This document shows, one piece after another, positions 38,310 to 42,334 of a stretch of 42,334 nucleotides of DNA. Numbering within the stretch: position 1 is the first letter of the stretch; every line of letters begins with the position of its first letter. The stretch spans positions 1-42,334 of the forward strand of contig JAITAG010000068.1 in the NCBI GenBank assembly GCA_031284265.1. The letters are read 5' to 3'. This DNA is from Puniceicoccales bacterium. Its GTDB lineage: Bacteria; Verrucomicrobiota; Verrucomicrobiia; Opitutales; LL51. Both the position numbers and the translations under genes were made by a program. The notes beneath the pieces are model-generated. The model made no database searches. It was not told the DNA's origin and was given only the letters and a program-made list of their open reading frames with translations.

Positions 38310-38936
38310 TCAATCGAAAGTTTCATTTCTAAAGCCTAAAGTTTTAGCAAAAAAATTCAAGACCCTGGAAACCATTGATTTTTTTTTCTGCGGTTCTTTA
38401 TCTTCTTCCCAATTCGATTCCACCTCTAGATCTTGCCGAGTATCACTCAATGCGTCTACTTTTCTTTCAATAACTGTGTTTTCTTCAACATCTTCCGGAT
38501 CATCGACTACTGGCAAGAACCCCTCATCATCTGAAGTCGAAAACTTTTCTGTTTCTTTCTTATCAACCCCTCGATAGGCAAGTCTTCCATCAATATAAAT
38601 ATTATGGGTAATTCCATTTTCTAACATATATACCACAAGCTCTTCTGACCAATTTTCACCAACGGCAAACTGATTTTGTTTTCTTTTTTTTCCATCACGC
38701 CGAATTTTCCATTCCGTAACGTATAACCCATCGCCATTCTCTTGTAAATCGTAAACCGTATCCTTAAAATAAAATTGTCTACTCTTTTCCGTCGAAAAAT
38801 TCACAAGATCCCGCCCGCATGTAAGTCTCTGTTGAATTAGAATATCATCGATTTCTCCACGTACGTTACTATAAGGCAAATTGCCGCAATAACATAGTAG
38901 ACCGCATACCATATACCCAGTTTTTAATCCCATCAA
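38310..38936 (-). CDS. Hypothetical protein (208 aa), Cys-rich hydrophobic N-terminus, acidic C-terminal half
   Basis: Long ORF in an otherwise ORF-free interval between the two tRNA-Glu genes. No motif recognised. Confidence 0.65.
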   Translation of the reverse strand: MMGLKTGYMVCGLLCYCGNLPYSNVRGEIDDILIQQRLTCGRDLVNFSTEKSRQFYFKDTVYDLQENGDGLYVTEWKIRRDGKKRKQNQFAVGENWSEELVVYMLENGITHNIYIDGRLAYRGVDKKETEKFSTSDDEGFLPVVDDPEDVEENTVIERKVDALSDTRQDLEVESNWEEDKEPQKKKSMVSRVLNFFAKTLGFRNETFD

Positions 38937-39004
38937 ATGAATTTATAAAAATTTTTCGCATATAGACAAGCCCTAAACTCCTTTACATAATACGAAAAAA
39001 ACGA

Positions 39005-39082
39005 TGGCGTCCCGTATGGGATTCGAACCCATGTTGCAGGAATGAAAATCCTGTGTCCTAGACCAGACTAGACGAACGGGAC
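39005..39082 (-). tRNA. tRNA-Glu (anticodon TTC), CCA encoded
   Basis: Reverse complement is GTCCCGTTCGTCTAGTCTGGTCTAGGACACAGGATTTTCATTCCTGCAACATGGGTTCGAATCCCATACGGGACGCCA. The anticodon loop is TTTTCAT. Confidence 0.85.
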
Positions 39083-39162
39083 TTGATCAAAGCTAACTGT
39101 TCACTACACATGAGATTTCCATATTATATTGCAAGAATCTTTTATAAATTAAATTCATTTTC

Positions 39163-39528
39163 ATGGAAAGCTTTGGTGAGCCTAAAGTGAAAAGCAATAA
39201 TCTCTGGCAAACTTTAGAACAACAGATTCGAGAAAATGGCATAGAAATTGATCGGCCCAAAGGAAAAGCACACCCTCGCTTTCCCAGGTTGATTTACCCA
39301 ATTGATTACGGCTATATTCCCCATACGAGATCGGCGGACGGCGAAGGTATCGATCTGTTTTTAGGAACATCCGAAATAAAGCAAATTGTAGGTTTGATTT
39401 GTACGTTTGATGCGGTAAAAAAAGATTCTGAAATTAAAATTCTTTATGCCTGTCTAGAAAAAGAAATCCAAACAGCAGTGACTATGTTGTCCCATCCGCC
39501 GATGTATGCCTTACTTGTCCGCCGTTAA
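39163..39528 (+). CDS. Short, divergent family-I inorganic-pyrophosphatase-like protein (121 aa)
   Basis: YPIDYGYIPHTRSADGEGIDLFLG aligns with E. coli Ppa [23 protein letters not shown]. The protein is much shorter than a canonical Ppa, and the DGDPVD acidic motif is altered. Confidence 0.5.
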   Translation: MESFGEPKVKSNNLWQTLEQQIRENGIEIDRPKGKAHPRFPRLIYPIDYGYIPHTRSADGEGIDLFLGTSEIKQIVGLICTFDAVKKDSEIKILYACLEKEIQTAVTMLSHPPMYALLVRR

Positions 39529-39534
39529 AAACCT

Positions 39535-40075
39535 TCCGCGAGGTTCTGTCCGTACCCAACAAGGAAGCCTGCCAGAGGGCTCTGCCCTCTGGACTCCCCA
39601 AGGAGTCACGGACTCCTTGACCTTATTTTGCGGCCCAGCCGGCGAAAGTTTCGCCCGGCTGGGCCGCAGAGGGCGAAATTCTTATTTTCCTTTGGGCTTT
39701 CTCAGGCCCGCCCGCGGCATCGCCCGTGGAGCGGCTGGAAATATAATTCACTGACCGAGCCGATGCGCGACGCGCATCAACTCGGCCCAAAATGGTTAAA
39801 ATAGTTAGCCCAGCCCGCGGCTTCGCCGCGGGCTGGGCCTCTAGGGCCCATTCGGGCTTTCCATCTGGCATCGCCGGATGGAAAGCCCGCAACCCCGATC
39901 CAGGGGGTGGACCCCCTGGCGGGAGTCCAGAGGGCAGAGCCCTCTGGAAAGCACCCCTGGCGGGGATTCTAAGGACGCGTAGCCCTTAGGCAAATATCTC
40001 CTGGAAAGGAGCCCTTGGGCAACTGCCACAGAGCTCCTGCCCGGCGCTTCACGCCGGGCAGGTTAATTTTCTTTT
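39535..40075 (+). repeat. GC-rich multi-hairpin array A (at least 10 distinct perfect or near-perfect hairpins)
   Basis: Hairpins read directly: 39572-39592, 39599-39619, 39630-39667, 39755-39785, 39808-39838 (14 bp), 39854-39888 (16 bp) and 39900-39919. Further hairpins lie at 39927-39947, about 39969-39989, and 40036-40062. The composition contrasts sharply with the AT-rich flanks. Confidence 0.9.
40036..40075 (+). terminator. Rho-independent terminator (last hairpin of array A)
   Basis: 11-bp stem CCTGCCCGGCG / CGCCGGGCAGG with loop CTTCA, followed by TTAATTTTCTTTT. It lies between convergent genes. Confidence 0.6.
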
Positions 40076-40103
40076 GCCCTTCAGGCCTTTAGCTAGCTTA
40101 GAG

Positions 40104-40787
40104 CTATTTTTGCTCACTCGAAACTATGCGCGATATATTTCCAAACCAATCGCAAATTTTTGGGAATATAAAACTTCCACCGACTAGCGCAAGTATTGTC
40201 TTAGGATTTGTTGTCACGAGATTTGCGCCAGCCTTGGTCGCTATCTTTAAAAGATCCCAAGTACATTTCAGCATTACCGGTCCCACATTTGTCAATGCCC
40301 ATTTGCTGCCATTCCACGTCAAATGTTTGACTCTTCTCATTGTTTTTTGCACACTGGAACTATATTCAGGATCACAAATACTCCTTTTTATTTCTTCGAA
40401 TGAATAAGCATCGATGGAGAAAAATTTTGCTTTTTGCAGTATTTTTCTATTCAGGGTTTTTCCTTCTTCGAAAAACACACAATACTTTTCCTCAAACACA
40501 AGGCAACATGATGTCTTGGAACTTTTTAATACCAGAATTTTTCCCGATTGCAATCGTTTCAATAAATGTAATCGAACTTTTTCTTTCATTTTATTTTCCA
40601 TAATCTGGGCAATAACATCGAACATTATATCCGAATCAAGCTCTTTAACGTTTTCGGCTCTACGATCAAATCCCGATATCGGAAGATTTGAATTTCCTTC
40701 CGTGGTATAGAAACAACTTGCTGAACCAACGGCAGATACGGCAACACTTGCCATCAATAATAATTCTAATTTTTTCATTTTATCCAT
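40104..40787 (-). CDS. Hypothetical secreted protein (about 227 aa from ATG 40787)
   Basis: The track ORF begins at a TTG (40838). The ATG at 40787 gives MDKMKKLELLLMASVAVSAVGSASCFY, which is signal-peptide-like. Confidence 0.65.
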   Translation of the reverse strand: MDKMKKLELLLMASVAVSAVGSASCFYTTEGNSNLPISGFDRRAENVKELDSDIMFDVIAQIMENKMKEKVRLHLLKRLQSGKILVLKSSKTSCCLVFEEKYCVFFEEGKTLNRKILQKAKFFSIDAYSFEEIKRSICDPEYSSSVQKTMRRVKHLTWNGSKWALTNVGPVMLKCTWDLLKIATKAGANLVTTNPKTILALVGGSFIFPKICDWFGNISRIVSSEQK

Positions 40788-40918
40788 AATTTTCCATTGT
40801 TGATACAAGCCAATCGCACTTGTTTCTGTTTTTGTCAAGTAAAAAATAAGAAAACTTCACAGAAATACTCTTCTATGAAAAACAGAGAAATGAAAACATG
40901 AAAACTATCTGCAAGCGT

Positions 40919-41191
40919 CTATATTTTCACCGATATCTCCTTGAGATTACACCCATTACAAGCTTCACACTGGGCAATAGTACAATCCATGGAAAATTTA
41001 GTTTGGTCTTCCAGCCATAGGATACGTTCAATAAATGGCTTCTTTAAAATTTCATATAACGGGCAATCTTCCGGAAGATTTTTTTCCGATATCAACATCA
41101 GCTTCGCCATTTTCTCTACCCGTATTTCTGATTCTTCAACCTCATGTTGATTCTGTTGATCCTCTTGTCTCATACCTTTTTTTTGTTTCAT
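40919..41191 (-). CDS. Small hypothetical protein (90 aa), acidic N-terminus, C-terminal Cys cluster (C-x5-C-x2-C-x2-C)
   Basis: ORF in the same orientation as its neighbours. Cluster CTIAQCEACNGC. No family recognised. Confidence 0.5.
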   Translation of the reverse strand: MKQKKGMRQEDQQNQHEVEESEIRVEKMAKLMLISEKNLPEDCPLYEILKKPFIERILWLEDQTKFSMDCTIAQCEACNGCNLKEISVKI

Positions 41192-41266
41192 GCCTCTAAA
41201 TTGGTATTTCTAATGCTTCTGACAATGCGATTACGTGAAAAATGTGATTTTGATAAAACTTTAACA

Positions 41267-41941
41267 CTATTCCCCGATACCTACGCTACCTTCGTCCTCC
41301 ATTGAGTTTAAATAAATGATAAGCAAAATTATTCCTTCCCGAACATCAAATTCTACCCGTTCCGCTATCGTGCGATTAAAACAAGAGGTATATCCAGGAA
41401 AATAGAGCTCCTGATTTTCCAATTCCCAGCGTAATCCATACGTATTGATTTTTCCAGAAGACATACCCAATAGTGATAATTTCGTTCCTACGGGAAGATT
41501 TAATGCCAAATGATTGCGTATCGCAAAACATAGATTTGGTGATATGTAACCGATTGAATCCGTTTGCGCTAAAATACCTACGTTATTCAAAATATGATCA
41601 ATATATCCACCGTTGATACCGAGAATGATCGATGGCGATAGATGATTTTCCCGGACAAATTTTAGCGCCTTTTGAAAGTCTGAGGACGATTGATCTTTGA
41701 TTACAATTTTCTTTGTTTTTTCCGCAATTGGTTTCTTTATACTATCCCAATCGCCGATGACGACGTCCGCTGCAATGCCTTTCTGGAAAAGTAAATTTGA
41801 AGCTCCATCCGCGGCAATAATAGGTAAAGCGAAATGCGAAAAAAAATCTCTTCTCGGCAACGTTCCGCTTAAACAAACCAACGAGCGATAAATCCCTAGC
41901 GATGGCAGCAAGGCCAAGAATTTTTTATCCTCATCGAGCAT
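41267..41941 (-). CDS. Thiamine pyrophosphokinase
   Basis: AADGASN, VIGDWDS, DQSSSDFQKAL and GINGGYIDH correspond to the TPK motifs ADGGAN, GDxDS, DQDxTDxxKAL and GGRxDH. The track start at 42028 is a TTG lying in GC-rich element B, so I prefer the ATG at 41941. Confidence 0.8.
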   Translation of the reverse strand: MLDEDKKFLALLPSLGIYRSLVCLSGTLPRRDFFSHFALPIIAADGASNLLFQKGIAADVVIGDWDSIKKPIAEKTKKIVIKDQSSSDFQKALKFVRENHLSPSIILGINGGYIDHILNNVGILAQTDSIGYISPNLCFAIRNHLALNLPVGTKLSLLGMSSGKINTYGLRWELENQELYFPGYTSCFNRTIAERVEFDVREGIILLIIYLNSMEDEGSVGIGE

Positions 41942-42024
41942 CTTAGTGGGGTAGATTAAACTTAAACATCGAATTGCAAACTCTAAGGGCTGCTCGCCAT
42001 TAGAATCTTCGCCAGGGGATGTTT

Positions 42025-42272
42025 CCAAGGGCTACGCGCCCTTGGATCCCCGCCAGGGGGGCTTTCCAGAGGGCTCTGCCCTCTGGACTCCCGCCAGGGG
42101 ATCCATCCCCTGGACCGGGGTTGCGGGCTTTTCACCGGGCGATGCCCGGTGGCAGGCCCGAAGGGGCCCTAAAGGCCCCGCCCGCGGCTTCGCCGCGGGC
42201 AGGGCAACTTTTTTTAATAAGACTATTTTTTTGCCGAGTCGATGTGTGTTACACATCGACTCGGCCAGTGAA
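42025..42272 (-). repeat. GC-rich multi-hairpin element B: inverted, diverged copy of the array A core (39747-39990)
   Basis: By eye, the reverse complement aligns module for module with 39747-39990. The shared string cccgcaacccc(g/a)(g/t)tccagggg..tgga..cccctggcgggagtccagagggcagagccctctggaaagc is nearly identical in both copies. Confidence 0.9.
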
Positions 42273-42334
42273 AAATTTCGTCCAAAGGAAATATTAGGAA
42301 TTGAGGGACGTAAGTTTTTGAGGGCAAAAGCTGC

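Noticed and set aside
39506-40029. Four overlapping ORFs (62-89 aa) on both strands within GC-rich array A
   Set aside because: Open frames are expected by chance in GC-rich palindromic sequence. The translations are Gly/Ala/Pro/Arg-rich, mutually overlapping and without start-site signals.
39535-40075. CRISPR array
   Set aside because: No constant direct repeat alternates with unique spacers. The units are different self-complementary hairpins, some in inverted orientation, and no cas genes are present.
42019-42297. ORFs 42019-42297 (+) and 42032-42256 (-) in element B
   Set aside because: The reasoning is the same as for array A; they mirror the palindromic repeat.

Overview
AT-rich bacterial window (about 35-40% G+C by eye, not computed) with no rRNA, CRISPR, transposase or integrase. 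It probably comes from a host-associated bacterium with a Ysc/chlamydial-type type III secretion system; the taxon is inference only. (1) Positions 1-17450 are one uninterrupted minus-strand ORF of at least 5,816 codons. It runs off the left edge, so it has no in-window stop and is missing from the ORF track. It appears to be the last gene of an operon: small TPR-like protein, SctV export gate, 412-aa acidic protein, giant protein. (2) Positions 21439-27255 hold seven tandem paralogues. They share a near-identical N-terminal leader of about 25 residues (MDIKKMIxLGLL...) and 5' UTR, but their bodies are unrelated. Two bodies consist of 11-residue (hendecad) repeats, and a terminator-plus-promoter cassette is duplicated within the array. 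(3) The next genes are a Pro/Thr-repeat membrane protein and a 264-aa unknown. They are followed by accD lacking three of four zinc-ribbon cysteines, two tandem DUF1343/NamZ-like genes, and tRNA-Lys with a degenerate copy of its 3' half. An ExoU-like patatin phospholipase and an ogt / alkD-like / mutY repair cluster follow, then two tRNA-Glu genes bracketing an orphan ORF. (4) Two strikingly GC-rich multi-hairpin arrays (about 39535-40075 and 42025-42272) share a core of about 245 nt in inverted orientation. Several stem substitutions between the copies are compensatory. The arrays bracket a three-gene cassette that includes thiamine pyrophosphokinase. The giant T3SS-linked ORF, the shared-leader family and the GC-rich hairpin elements are the best candidates for undescribed biology.
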